54,284 bases of DNA from Pseudomonadota bacterium (GTDB taxonomy: Bacteria; UBA10199; 2-02-FULL-44-16; JBDRGF01), in the NCBI GenBank assembly GCA_043818055.1, contig JBDRGF010000020.1, positions 1-54,284 of the forward strand, read 5' to 3'. Each line of letters begins with the position of its first letter. Within the stretch, counting starts at the first letter, position 1. The translations under genes were made by a program, and so were the position numbers. The notes below the pieces were generated by a model. That model searched no databases. It was not told the DNA's origin and saw only the letters and a list, made by a program, of their open reading frames with translations. This document shows, in pieces, positions 44,345-53,254 of the stretch.

Positions 44345-44992
44345 ATGAAGAAGAACAGTGGAAAAAAAATTGCTATATTCGATTTCGACGGAACTCTGGT
44401 CGATTCGATGCTGAGCTTCGCGAAGATTGCGTCTCAAGTGATGCCTAAATATTATGACGTAGAAAAAAAATGGGCATTTGAGAATTACTTGAGAACATCC
44501 GGGATACCCTTCAGCGAACAGCTCGAGGAACTTTTTCCCAAAGATGCAAACAACGCCTTTGCCAGCCTCGAATTTGAAGAGACGAAGAAGATCACATATT
44601 TTGAAAGGCCACTCTTCGATGATGTGGAGGAGACCTTCGCATCGCTCTCTCAGATCGGCCTGAAACTCGTCATCTCCTCCAACAACTTCCAGCATCTGGT
44701 TGACGAATATCTTAAGAAAAAGACATTAAATGTCGATCTGGCTCTCGGTTACAAAGAAAATTTCGCCAAGGGTGCAAAGCACTTTGAGTATGTTAAACAG
44801 AGCTTCCTTGCCGAAGATCATGAGATGATCTTCGTTGGAGATTCGATAAAAGATGGAGAGCGTGCATATAACTCCAATGTCGATTTTATCGCAAAGACAG
44901 GGATCTTCACTAGAGAGGAGTTCCTGAAGGACTTCCCTAAGGCACAGGTGATAGACAGCTTATCCGATTTGAAGAATTTGAAATGGATGTGA
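44345..44992 (+). CDS. HAD-superfamily phosphatase
   Basis: IFDFDGTLVDSM, ISSN, K, FVGDSIKD. Confidence 0.9.
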   Translation: MKKNSGKKIAIFDFDGTLVDSMLSFAKIASQVMPKYYDVEKKWAFENYLRTSGIPFSEQLEELFPKDANNAFASLEFEETKKITYFERPLFDDVEETFASLSQIGLKLVISSNNFQHLVDEYLKKKTLNVDLALGYKENFAKGAKHFEYVKQSFLAEDHEMIFVGDSIKDGERAYNSNVDFIAKTGIFTREEFLKDFPKAQVIDSLSDLKNLKWM

Positions 44993-44993
44993 T

Positions 44994-45725
44994 ATGAATA
45001 AAAATGATCATAAAATTGAAGCTGTCGTCATGGCTGCGGGGATGGGAACGCGGCTTGGGACACATTCCAATAACCTGCCCAAGGCGCTTGTCGAAGTTGG
45101 CTCAAAACCTTTGATAGGCTGGGTATTGGAGGGGCTTAAGCTGGATGTGATAAAAAAAATCACGGTGGTCGGGGGGTATCAATTTGATATGCTGGAGGGA
45201 TATCTAAAAGAGAATCATCCCGAAGTGACCATACTTAAAAATGAAAATTATAAAGAGGGAAACATACTCTCTTTAAAAAAGGCTATTCCGAAAATCCAGG
45301 GCTCTTTTTTATTATGCAACGTCGACCACATATATCCTGCTGATCTTCTAAAAAAATTTACACTCGATGTTTCCAATATCAAAATCGCCTGCGATCAGGA
45401 CAGAAAGCTTGGGTTGGATGATATGAAGGTGCTCACCGGAAAAGAAAAAAAGCTCGGTGACATAAGCAAAAAACTTGACGAATTCGACATGGGATATATC
45501 GGCATGACCATCTGCTCAGAATCAAAACTCTCCGACTACAAAAAGGCAGTCGATGATGTGATAGAACAAAATGGAAGATCTGCCGTCGTTGAAAATGTAT
45601 TGAAATACATGGCATCGTCCGGTGATAAGATCGATATCTGCGATTGCTCCGGATGGAAATGGTATGAGGTAGACACGCCAGATGAACTTGAAAGCGCAAA
45701 CCTCGCATTGAGGAGGGGTGTATGA
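44994..45725 (+). CDS. LicC/IPCT-like cytidylyltransferase (NTP_transf_3)
   Basis: VMAAGMGTRLG..PKAL, GGY, GNILSL, DDMKV, YIG, WYEVDTPDEL. Confidence 0.85.
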   Translation: MNKNDHKIEAVVMAAGMGTRLGTHSNNLPKALVEVGSKPLIGWVLEGLKLDVIKKITVVGGYQFDMLEGYLKENHPEVTILKNENYKEGNILSLKKAIPKIQGSFLLCNVDHIYPADLLKKFTLDVSNIKIACDQDRKLGLDDMKVLTGKEKKLGDISKKLDEFDMGYIGMTICSESKLSDYKKAVDDVIEQNGRSAVVENVLKYMASSGDKIDICDCSGWKWYEVDTPDELESANLALRRGV

Positions 45726-46621
45726 AATATTATTTAATTCCCATGCTTCTGCTGACCAGCCTTTTCTGGTACGGTTGCTATACATTAGCCTGGCAGATGG
45801 TATTAAACGCCCTGAATAAATCAAAGCCGTTTTTTGAGCTCTTCAGGATCAAGCTTGCCGGAGAGGCCTCCAATACGCTCCACAACACGAACTTTATCAG
45901 CGGCGATATCTTGCGTGCACACCTTCTGAATAAAAAAGGGACTCATGATGAATATCCCCTCTCCGTTGTGATAGACAGGACGATACATAGCTTAGCAGTT
46001 TTAACGCTAATCGAAATTGCTATCATAGTCAGTTGCACAAACCTCGATTCTCAGGGGGCCAATATCAGATACGGTATCCCAGTTGCAACTGTGGTCATAC
46101 TTATGTTTGTCGCCTTCATATCGATTCATCTGAAACAAGGTGTATGTGGACTCTTCCTCAAGCTGTGCAGAAGGGTCGGTCTTGGCAAATCGTTTTCCGA
46201 TAGAATGGTAGAAAGATTTGAGAGCCTCGACTCCCGCATCTACGACTATTACAAAAATAACAGATCGGATTTTGTAATCAGCTATCTCTTTCACCTTACA
46301 GGAAGATTCTTCGGAATCCTTGAGATCTTTATAATCGGACGCATCTTCGACGCCCAGTTTCCATTCTTCCTTGCATTTGCTCTCGCCGCGCTTGCTCCGC
46401 TTGTCCACGCCACTTTCACATTCATACCGGGAGCATTAGGGGTGCTCGAAGCTGTCTATTGTCTCACCTGCTGGGCTTTTGGAATAAATCCATTCATAGG
46501 GCTAGGTATTCAGTTTTTCAGAAGGGGACGCAGCCTGATCTGGATATTCATAGGTTCGATGTTGTTAAAGACTAAAGACAGAAAAGCGATCTACGACGCA
46601 TCCTTCAGCGCGGAGATATAA
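45722..46621 (+). CDS. Lysylphosphatidylglycerol-synthase TM/flippase-like membrane protein (UPF0104)
   Basis: RIKLAGEASN..SGDILRAHLL, VIDR, FTFIPGALGVLE, RRGRSLIW; ATGA overlap with the previous gene. Confidence 0.82.
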   Translation: MKYYLIPMLLLTSLFWYGCYTLAWQMVLNALNKSKPFFELFRIKLAGEASNTLHNTNFISGDILRAHLLNKKGTHDEYPLSVVIDRTIHSLAVLTLIEIAIIVSCTNLDSQGANIRYGIPVATVVILMFVAFISIHLKQGVCGLFLKLCRRVGLGKSFSDRMVERFESLDSRIYDYYKNNRSDFVISYLFHLTGRFFGILEIFIIGRIFDAQFPFFLAFALAALAPLVHATFTFIPGALGVLEAVYCLTCWAFGINPFIGLGIQFFRRGRSLIWIFIGSMLLKTKDRKAIYDASFSAEI

Positions 46622-46816
46622 TATATGAATTCCAACCGATTCAATCAGAAGGGCGTTCAGTTTTTGTTGTTTTTATACAACGCATTTTCGTTTTTGCTTA
46701 TATCTGCTATGATGTCTTTCAACCACGTTTGGAATGAAAAAAGATGGACGCCTAATCCATGCGGGGATCAAATTAAAAAGTTTGATGATGAGTTGGAATT
46801 TGATGATGAACTTTTT

Positions 46817-46842
46817 AGGGCAGGTTTAAAACCTGCCCCTAC
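46817..46842. repeat. GTAG-type REP
   Basis: AGGGCAGGTTTAAAACCTGCCCCTAC, same family as 37975-38037. Confidence 0.8.
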
Positions 46843-46845
46843 AAA

Positions 46846-47187
46846 TTATTCTTCGGATGAAAAGAGTTTTCTATAATAAGGATCGTTCTCAGCTGCCTCT
46901 GTCAATCTTTCGGTAACCTCTTCCACAATATCGTGATCCGCAAATATCGGGTCTATCTTTTGAGAAACCTTCGCCCTGACTTTGGCCCTTAGCTTCATAT
47001 GGGAGAGTCTCGCTCCTCCCTCATTGACCAGCCCTTTCAAATCACCGGCCTCCCGAACAACTCTCAAATTGAGTGCATCACGGACTGCATCCACAGTCTT
47101 GTCGCGGCGATCCTTGTCTGCAGCAGCTTGCTGGACTGATTCCGGATTAATATTTCTTACTGTTGTATCAACTGGTTTGCTTTTCAT
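46846..47187 (-). CDS. Hypothetical helical protein (113 aa)
   Basis: Start re-called at MKSKPVD (ATG 47187) with GAGGA SD and a sigma28-like promoter upstream. Confidence 0.7.
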   Translation of the reverse strand: MKSKPVDTTVRNINPESVQQAAADKDRRDKTVDAVRDALNLRVVREAGDLKGLVNEGGARLSHMKLRAKVRAKVSQKIDPIFADHDIVEEVTERLTEAAENDPYYRKLFSSEE

Positions 47188-47207
47188 AATTTCCTCTTCT
47201 GTATTTA

Positions 47208-47235
47208 TTATCGCCACGAGCCCCCCTAAAGTTGC
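47208..47235 (-). promoter_or_regulatory. Sigma28-like promoter (third copy of motif)
   Basis: GCAACTTT-N12-GGCGATAA, 20 nt upstream of ATG 47187. Confidence 0.6.
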
Positions 47236-47292
47236 GTACTTTTTTAAAAAAAATGACTCTCGGAGAGTCAAGTCACCAGAAAAACCGTCGGT

Positions 47293-47368
47293 CGTGAAAC
47301 GTGAAGCGTACATGGTAAAATATTATTATCCGTTTCACGTTTCACGCTTCACGGGCGGACGCTTCACG
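47293..47368. repeat. Heptamer-repeat (CGYTTCA-type) inverted element
   Basis: CGTGAAA CGTGAAG CG ... CGTTTCA CGTTTCA CGCTTCA CG ... CGCTTCACG. Confidence 0.7.
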
Positions 47369-47375
47369 GATTTTA

Positions 47376-48995
47376 TCACATCCTTTTCGGGACCTTGGTC
47401 TTTTTTAGCCTTTTGATCAATTCGACGTAGACCTTTTTGGCCTCGTTTTCCTTATTCCAGCGCTCGTAAAATAGCTCTTTTATCCGTTTTTTCGATATAT
47501 GGTTGGCTAGCAAACCGTAAAAAAGCCTCTCGCCTAAAATATATCCCAGTGAGTGTGTCACAGCTATGAAGAGATCCATCCTGCCCAATAGAAAATCGAG
47601 CCCTACTATGAATTTTCCCCTCTGTTCATATCTCTTATAATCGCACACGAAGAGGGCGGTATCGTATTCAAGTCGCCTGAAGGGGGGGATGCCTACACCT
47701 TCAAGATAGTTTATCAGACTCTTAAAGTCCCTGAGATGAAACGACTTTCGCTTGCTGTTGATGATCTTCGAACCGAAAAAACCGATCGCTTCATGCAATA
47801 TATTCGCATAAAAGGCGTCATCTATCTGCCTCGGTTTTTCAGGGCCGGAACAGATGCTCTTGACAAAATGGGAGGCCTCCTCCGCAGCATGGTTTATGGA
47901 GAGATTCGCGAGATAGACGATATTCGCCTTCGCGATATAGTAGCTTTCGCTCGAGAGGATCTGTTTTTTTACCTGTTCGATGTCACGCGGGGTGAACCCC
48001 AGATCCTTCATCCGTTTTAGAAAACCGAGATCTCCGGATGTGAAGATCTCAAGTTTATCGAGATGGACCTCATCGACATCGATGCGCATAAATTTGCAGA
48101 TGCGATCGACGATCTCAACAAATTCGTGTCTCACATCTGCAAAATCGATTTCACCTTCATCGTGCTCCAGCCAGTTCAAATAGGAGCGTTGAAAAACAAT
48201 CGGCGGCGTGTGCATGCGACAATAGCTTTTGTCGTCGAGTTTCACCACCTCCGTCTTTTCAAAGAGGCCCTTCTCCGCAAGCTTCCAGTAGATCTTCTCA
48301 CTACTCTGATAGAGAATCAGATCTCTGAAATCTCCCTTTGAACTTCCATTGTGAATCCGGGAGCGCACATCGCGTGGTAGATGTTGTGGAGAGATATGCA
48401 GATCGCCGATGAACACAAACATCTTTTTGTCCGGATTGGCCTTCCAGACATCGGCTATAATTTTGGCAAAGGCTTTATCCCTCTCCCTCACAGTCGAACC
48501 GGGAGGTGCGGCATCGATCGCATAGATTTTAATGCGATGATAGCGGCAAAAATCGAAGAGAGGTTTGAAATTATCCCACAGGTCATAGACCCAGTGTTCC
48601 TGAAGCTGAATCCTGTTTAAAAAAGTCTTCTCGCTTATTTTGCTGGACATGAATTTGTCGAGCGTGGCCTGATGCTTTGCGTGTATGAGCTCGAGCCCGA
48701 CACTGAAACATTCGGTTACTTTGACGGTCTCCTTGATGATGCGGAGAAAAGATCTCTGTGACTGATTGCAGGTATGATAATCTCCAACATAGATGATGTC
48801 CGACTTTAAAACAGCCTTCACCATCTTATCGATTGTAGTCAGAGAGCTGTAATCGGAGACACTTTTTCTGTAGGCACGCTCGTAAGAATCGAATCCGGGT
48901 TCTTTGTACAGGATCGAACTATCGATGATCCTCTTATTTCGCCGAAAGAGCTGTTTTTGAATCTCAAGCAGCTCTTTTCTTGGGGATACAGCCAT
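47376..48995 (-). CDS. ChaN/Tiki-EreA superfamily protein with C-terminal extension
   Basis: SDIIYVGDYH..SQ, VGLELI, ERD, FIGDLH motifs; no signal peptide. Confidence 0.7.
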   Translation of the reverse strand: MAVSPRKELLEIQKQLFRRNKRIIDSSILYKEPGFDSYERAYRKSVSDYSSLTTIDKMVKAVLKSDIIYVGDYHTCNQSQRSFLRIIKETVKVTECFSVGLELIHAKHQATLDKFMSSKISEKTFLNRIQLQEHWVYDLWDNFKPLFDFCRYHRIKIYAIDAAPPGSTVRERDKAFAKIIADVWKANPDKKMFVFIGDLHISPQHLPRDVRSRIHNGSSKGDFRDLILYQSSEKIYWKLAEKGLFEKTEVVKLDDKSYCRMHTPPIVFQRSYLNWLEHDEGEIDFADVRHEFVEIVDRICKFMRIDVDEVHLDKLEIFTSGDLGFLKRMKDLGFTPRDIEQVKKQILSSESYYIAKANIVYLANLSINHAAEEASHFVKSICSGPEKPRQIDDAFYANILHEAIGFFGSKIINSKRKSFHLRDFKSLINYLEGVGIPPFRRLEYDTALFVCDYKRYEQRGKFIVGLDFLLGRMDLFIAVTHSLGYILGERLFYGLLANHISKKRIKELFYERWNKENEAKKVYVELIKRLKKTKVPKRM

Positions 48996-49000
48996 TTAAT

Positions 49001-50686
49001 TCACCTCTTCGTTATTTCAAATTCCGGAAATTTTAAACTCAAACCCGCAGAGAATAACACATTATTGACATCCCTTCCTACATTAAAATTAAAATTGCCG
49101 ATAAACTCATAACCGAGCTTGGTTTTAAAATCGAGCCTTTTGGAAATTGGAAATTCCAAACCGCTTACAATTCGGAATCGATACTCCTTAGGACCATCTA
49201 CATCCTTCACAATTCTATCGCCACCTCCCGTAACAGGATCAGTTTCGGTGCGAAATAGCGATGAATCGAAGCGCTCAAATGCAATTTCAAGATCTGTGAG
49301 CATCTTCATCGTCGGCCACCAATAAAGCTTTGCGTAGATGCCGTCAGCAGTCGGACCGAGAGCATCACCTATCACACGACGATTCAAGGTGTAACCGCTC
49401 GTCCAGTTCCCATGTCGATAAGCGACAGGGGGAATGTGGTGATATTCGAGCCTTAAGCCTAAATCTCCCCTTCTGTTCAAAGAGGGAAAATAAATCCCTG
49501 TTACAAATGCAACCTGCCTCAAAAAATTATCCGGCAGTCTGAATGCCCTGACGATTGAATCCTCAATCATCATATCATAATAAATTTGAGCCCCGCGCAA
49601 AGGGGGAATAGTCACTCTCAAATCGAAAAAACCGAATTCATGATTGCTGATATCTGTTGCTCCGATGTTATTTCCACCCCATTTTTGAAATGGAAACATC
49701 TCTGTTATAGGCTCCCACCATTTGAGTTTTGGCGCTCCCTCGCCACCGGTGATGATCGTCTCGCTCAAACCAAACTCGATCAGCTTATACGGCTTCCAGC
49801 TCCACTTCAAACCGTAAAAATACGGGTACTTTCTCGTATTTTCGGGGCCTAAATTTGATACAAAAAGGGTCCACTTCATGTGTCCGATCCAGGGAATCTT
49901 CAGTGGATGGGGGTTTTCCAGCTTGATCATGTCGAGAGGTCTCGCGTTCGTCGAAATCATCAGGCCGCCAAATTCCGACTGCCCCCACATGAGATTATCC
50001 CGTCCCACTTCTAGCCGTATATTCTTCCAACCTGTCGCGCCATAGAGCCTATGCACATGGAATTTTCCCTCAAGCCCCTCCCCTGTACCACGCGGAAATA
50101 TCGCTTCAAAACGATCTTCAGCCTCTATAATAAAATAAGGCGTTATGCGCATCTCATGCTCGAAGCCAAACCAGTTCACGGCTCCATATGGATATGGACT
50201 GTTCTCCTGATAGTTTGAAAATGAGGCGATATACGCATCGATGCTCCCCTGACCGTTTACTCCCGGAACGTTTCTCGGCTCCTCTGTATCGATCATGAAA
50301 TTAATTGAGACTTTTTTCAGGGGATTGAATGAAAAGAGAGGATAATTTTTATCGAGTTCTTCTTTTAACTCCCGCTTTGCATATGCAAAAAGCTTATCGA
50401 GATAATCGCGTTCGGCGCAGTCATCGATATATTTATCGAATTCACTTTTAATGCTGCAATATTCCTTCGCTTCAAATTTTTCAAAGGCGATCCGAACAAT
50501 CCTTGCAGCCTCATCCCTCGTATAAGGGCGCTGACCATAAATCACATCATCGATGAGCCCCTTGCTGACAAAGAGATCGATTATTCTATATATCTGACTC
50601 GAAGGTGGAAGTGTTGCAGAGACCTGAGCCAGCGAGATGGAGGGAATTAGCGCAATCAAAAAAAACAGACAGAGAATCCTTCTCAC
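49001..50686 (-). CDS. Capsule assembly Wzi-family outer-membrane beta-barrel
   Basis: Signal peptide, RPYTRDEAAR helical cap, LEVGRDNLMWGQSEFGGLMISTNARPLD, IEFGLSETII, YRHG..GYTLNRRVIGDALG. Confidence 0.8.
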   Translation of the reverse strand: MRRILCLFFLIALIPSISLAQVSATLPPSSQIYRIIDLFVSKGLIDDVIYGQRPYTRDEAARIVRIAFEKFEAKEYCSIKSEFDKYIDDCAERDYLDKLFAYAKRELKEELDKNYPLFSFNPLKKVSINFMIDTEEPRNVPGVNGQGSIDAYIASFSNYQENSPYPYGAVNWFGFEHEMRITPYFIIEAEDRFEAIFPRGTGEGLEGKFHVHRLYGATGWKNIRLEVGRDNLMWGQSEFGGLMISTNARPLDMIKLENPHPLKIPWIGHMKWTLFVSNLGPENTRKYPYFYGLKWSWKPYKLIEFGLSETIITGGEGAPKLKWWEPITEMFPFQKWGGNNIGATDISNHEFGFFDLRVTIPPLRGAQIYYDMMIEDSIVRAFRLPDNFLRQVAFVTGIYFPSLNRRGDLGLRLEYHHIPPVAYRHGNWTSGYTLNRRVIGDALGPTADGIYAKLYWWPTMKMLTDLEIAFERFDSSLFRTETDPVTGGGDRIVKDVDGPKEYRFRIVSGLEFPISKRLDFKTKLGYEFIGNFNFNVGRDVNNVLFSAGLSLKFPEFEITKR

Positions 50687-53154
50687 TGAACGCCCTCCCT
50701 CTTTTTGGATTTAAAGTAGATGATGATCGATGGAAGAAGCATGAGCGCCCCGATGAGGCAAGCGACCTCCCCTATCACAGCCGCCGTTCCAAAAGTTGAG
50801 AGTGCTTTATTGTTGGCGAATGTCAAAACCGAATAGCCGATTATCGTCGTCGCGGAACAGAGCGCGACCGCACCACCGGTGTGACGCATCGCAAAACCCA
50901 TTCTCCCCTTTTCCAACCCCTCCTCCTTGAGACGCACAGCGATATTGAGCGCGTAATCGACACCTACGCCAAATGTCAGCGGAAGCACTATGAAGTTGAA
51001 AAAATTGATCTTGATTCCAAACCACGCAGCAACCCCCATCATCGATATGACCGACCATGAGAGAACACCGATGATGAGCAGGGAGATCTTCATGCGACGC
51101 AGCGTCAGAGCTACAAAGAGCACAACGCCAATGAAAGAGACAATTGTTAAATATGGAGCCTGATCTTTGATGATGCTTATCAGATCCGAATAGATCACAG
51201 ACGCGCTCGCTGAACTCACAACTTTACCATCATCGAGTGTTATTTCCCTTATCGTGTCCGCATATCGCGAGAGGTTTCGTCCGTCGGAGAGAAGCATGCC
51301 GGGTCTTGGGTTGATAAATACGACAGCCCCTCGCCTGCCATCCAGATCTTCAAAATGACGGGAGAGCTCCTCCGGAAGATCGTCTATCGTGAGGGCTCGT
51401 CCCAGTATCGATGATTTAATTTTGTTAAGTTTGTTTTTAACGGGTGACTTTACAAAGCGCATCCACTTTCCGTTGAACAACCGACTCATCTTCTTCATCA
51501 CCTTGAGTCTCTCGTCCTGATCTTTAGGGAGGATGTCGGCGATTGAATAACAGCTTCCTACACGTCTCTCCCCTTCGGGAAAAGCATCATTCTGCCTCAT
51601 AACTGCTTCGCAGACCCTCTTACCCTCTTCGACTGAATCGACGAGTACCGCAGCAGGTGTCATCGAATTATTGAAGAGTTTGCTAACCCTCTTCTCAAGC
51701 GCCTCCGTGCCTGATGAGACGCTCACCTGATTTCTCATCTTCGTAAAGTCGTACTCTATAGCATTCGGTATGAAACGATAGATGATAACACCTGTCGTAA
51801 TTACAGCTATCAACGCTGTAACCATCACAAGTTTGGGCGAACGGGAGACAAAACCAAGAAGAGCTTCTAAAAATAAGCTTGGCCGCAAACTACCAGGTTT
51901 AGGCCTCACCAGAAGCCTCATCTTCTCACTGATGATAGTGATGACGGGCAGGACAAAAATCGTGGCGAGCCAGCAGAACATCACACCTACTGCACCTATA
52001 AATCCAAACTGGGAAAGCCCCCTGATGCCAGCCAAAAGAAGCACTGCAAATGATATGGCGGTCGTGAGCGCCGCAAGAAATGTCGGTTTTAATGTGGATG
52101 TTATCGCGATAGACATCGCAAGGAGCGGCTCCTTGCCACTCTTTCTCTCCTCGAGGTACCGGCCAAATTGTATGATGCCGTAGTTGACGCCGGTGCCGAC
52201 GATAATAGAACCTAAAAACGCCGTCTGGGCATTGAGATAGCCGATCGACAATGCCGTCAGGGCAAATGTGCACGCAATGCCAAAGAGAAGCGTAGTGCCG
52301 AGCAGAAAGATCACCCTGAGGCGTAAAAAATAAATCACGATTGCCGCGGCGACAAGAGCAATACAAAGAAACGCAGTCGAAAAGATGTCCTTTCTTAGAG
52401 TATCGTATTCCTCCACCGTGCTCTTAACATTGCCACAGGTGCCGACTTTCATGAAGGGACTATAGGAGGCCGGATTCAATTCATGTATTTTACTTTCGAC
52501 AAGTGTGACGAGCTCTCTCGATGAATCGACCGTCATAGTTGAACCATAAGGGCGGATGAGCATGATGAGCATTCTTCCCCACTCGCCTCCATAATAGCCA
52601 TCGACGATCGAAAGGGGTGCGGACTTATTTTTTTCGTTCCTCTCTCTGATGTCATCCACATCGAACCCGATCTCGTCCTGATCCATAAGATCAAAAAATA
52701 GCGGCGTGCTTTTGACCTTTTCATACTCCACCCTCTGCTTCAATCTTGCGTAGAGTTCATCGAGATCTTTTTTATCGATATAGTAAAGAAAATGCTTCTC
52801 ATAAAAATCTGAAATTTTGTCGGCTTTATAATCTATGTAACGGATTTTATCTGGAGGAAGCTCAGAGAGTTTTGAAGCAAGCGCATCCATGAACCTCTTG
52901 TTCGCCTCAACATCGGGGCTTTCAGCCGCAACTAAAAGAGTTCCTACGCCCCCCATTCGATCGAGAAGCCTATTCAATTCGACTACGCTTTTGGAATTTT
53001 CGGGCAACAATTCTTTGAGATCGCTTTTTAAACTTAAACGTGATGCAAAAAAAATTGAAACCGCTAGAATAGAGATCAGGATCACCAGAGATAAAATTTC
53101 GCGTCTCTGGGCAAAATGCAGATACCTGATAACTAGTGATGAAAAGAATTCCAT
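50683..53154 (-). CDS. MMPL/RND-family lipid exporter
   Basis: Two homologous halves, each with a periplasmic domain and TM bundle; IVGTGVNYGI and TFGVGVDYAL motifs. Confidence 0.9.
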   Translation of the reverse strand: MEFFSSLVIRYLHFAQRREILSLVILISILAVSIFFASRLSLKSDLKELLPENSKSVVELNRLLDRMGGVGTLLVAAESPDVEANKRFMDALASKLSELPPDKIRYIDYKADKISDFYEKHFLYYIDKKDLDELYARLKQRVEYEKVKSTPLFFDLMDQDEIGFDVDDIRERNEKNKSAPLSIVDGYYGGEWGRMLIMLIRPYGSTMTVDSSRELVTLVESKIHELNPASYSPFMKVGTCGNVKSTVEEYDTLRKDIFSTAFLCIALVAAAIVIYFLRLRVIFLLGTTLLFGIACTFALTALSIGYLNAQTAFLGSIIVGTGVNYGIIQFGRYLEERKSGKEPLLAMSIAITSTLKPTFLAALTTAISFAVLLLAGIRGLSQFGFIGAVGVMFCWLATIFVLPVITIISEKMRLLVRPKPGSLRPSLFLEALLGFVSRSPKLVMVTALIAVITTGVIIYRFIPNAIEYDFTKMRNQVSVSSGTEALEKRVSKLFNNSMTPAAVLVDSVEEGKRVCEAVMRQNDAFPEGERRVGSCYSIADILPKDQDERLKVMKKMSRLFNGKWMRFVKSPVKNKLNKIKSSILGRALTIDDLPEELSRHFEDLDGRRGAVVFINPRPGMLLSDGRNLSRYADTIREITLDDGKVVSSASASVIYSDLISIIKDQAPYLTIVSFIGVVLFVALTLRRMKISLLIIGVLSWSVISMMGVAAWFGIKINFFNFIVLPLTFGVGVDYALNIAVRLKEEGLEKGRMGFAMRHTGGAVALCSATTIIGYSVLTFANNKALSTFGTAAVIGEVACLIGALMLLPSIIIYFKSKKREGVQ

Positions 53155-53205
53155 TTTTGGTTAAAAGGGAATGAAACTTTAAGGTATCCCCCTGACCTTA
53201 TTAAG

Positions 53206-53252
53206 AGGGCAACCACCCCAAGCCATGCGGCGGGGCAGGGGGTTGCCCCTAC
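53206..53252. repeat. GTAG-type REP variant with inserted loop
   Basis: AGGGCAACC ... GGTTGCCCCTAC in the PAP2-MMPL spacer. Confidence 0.6.
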
Positions 53253-53254
53253 AT

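Noticed and set aside
46625..46876. 83-aa + strand ORF after the flippase gene
   Set aside because: No recognisable motif; its 3' part is a translated REP and overlaps the convergent gene. A small membrane peptide cannot be fully excluded.
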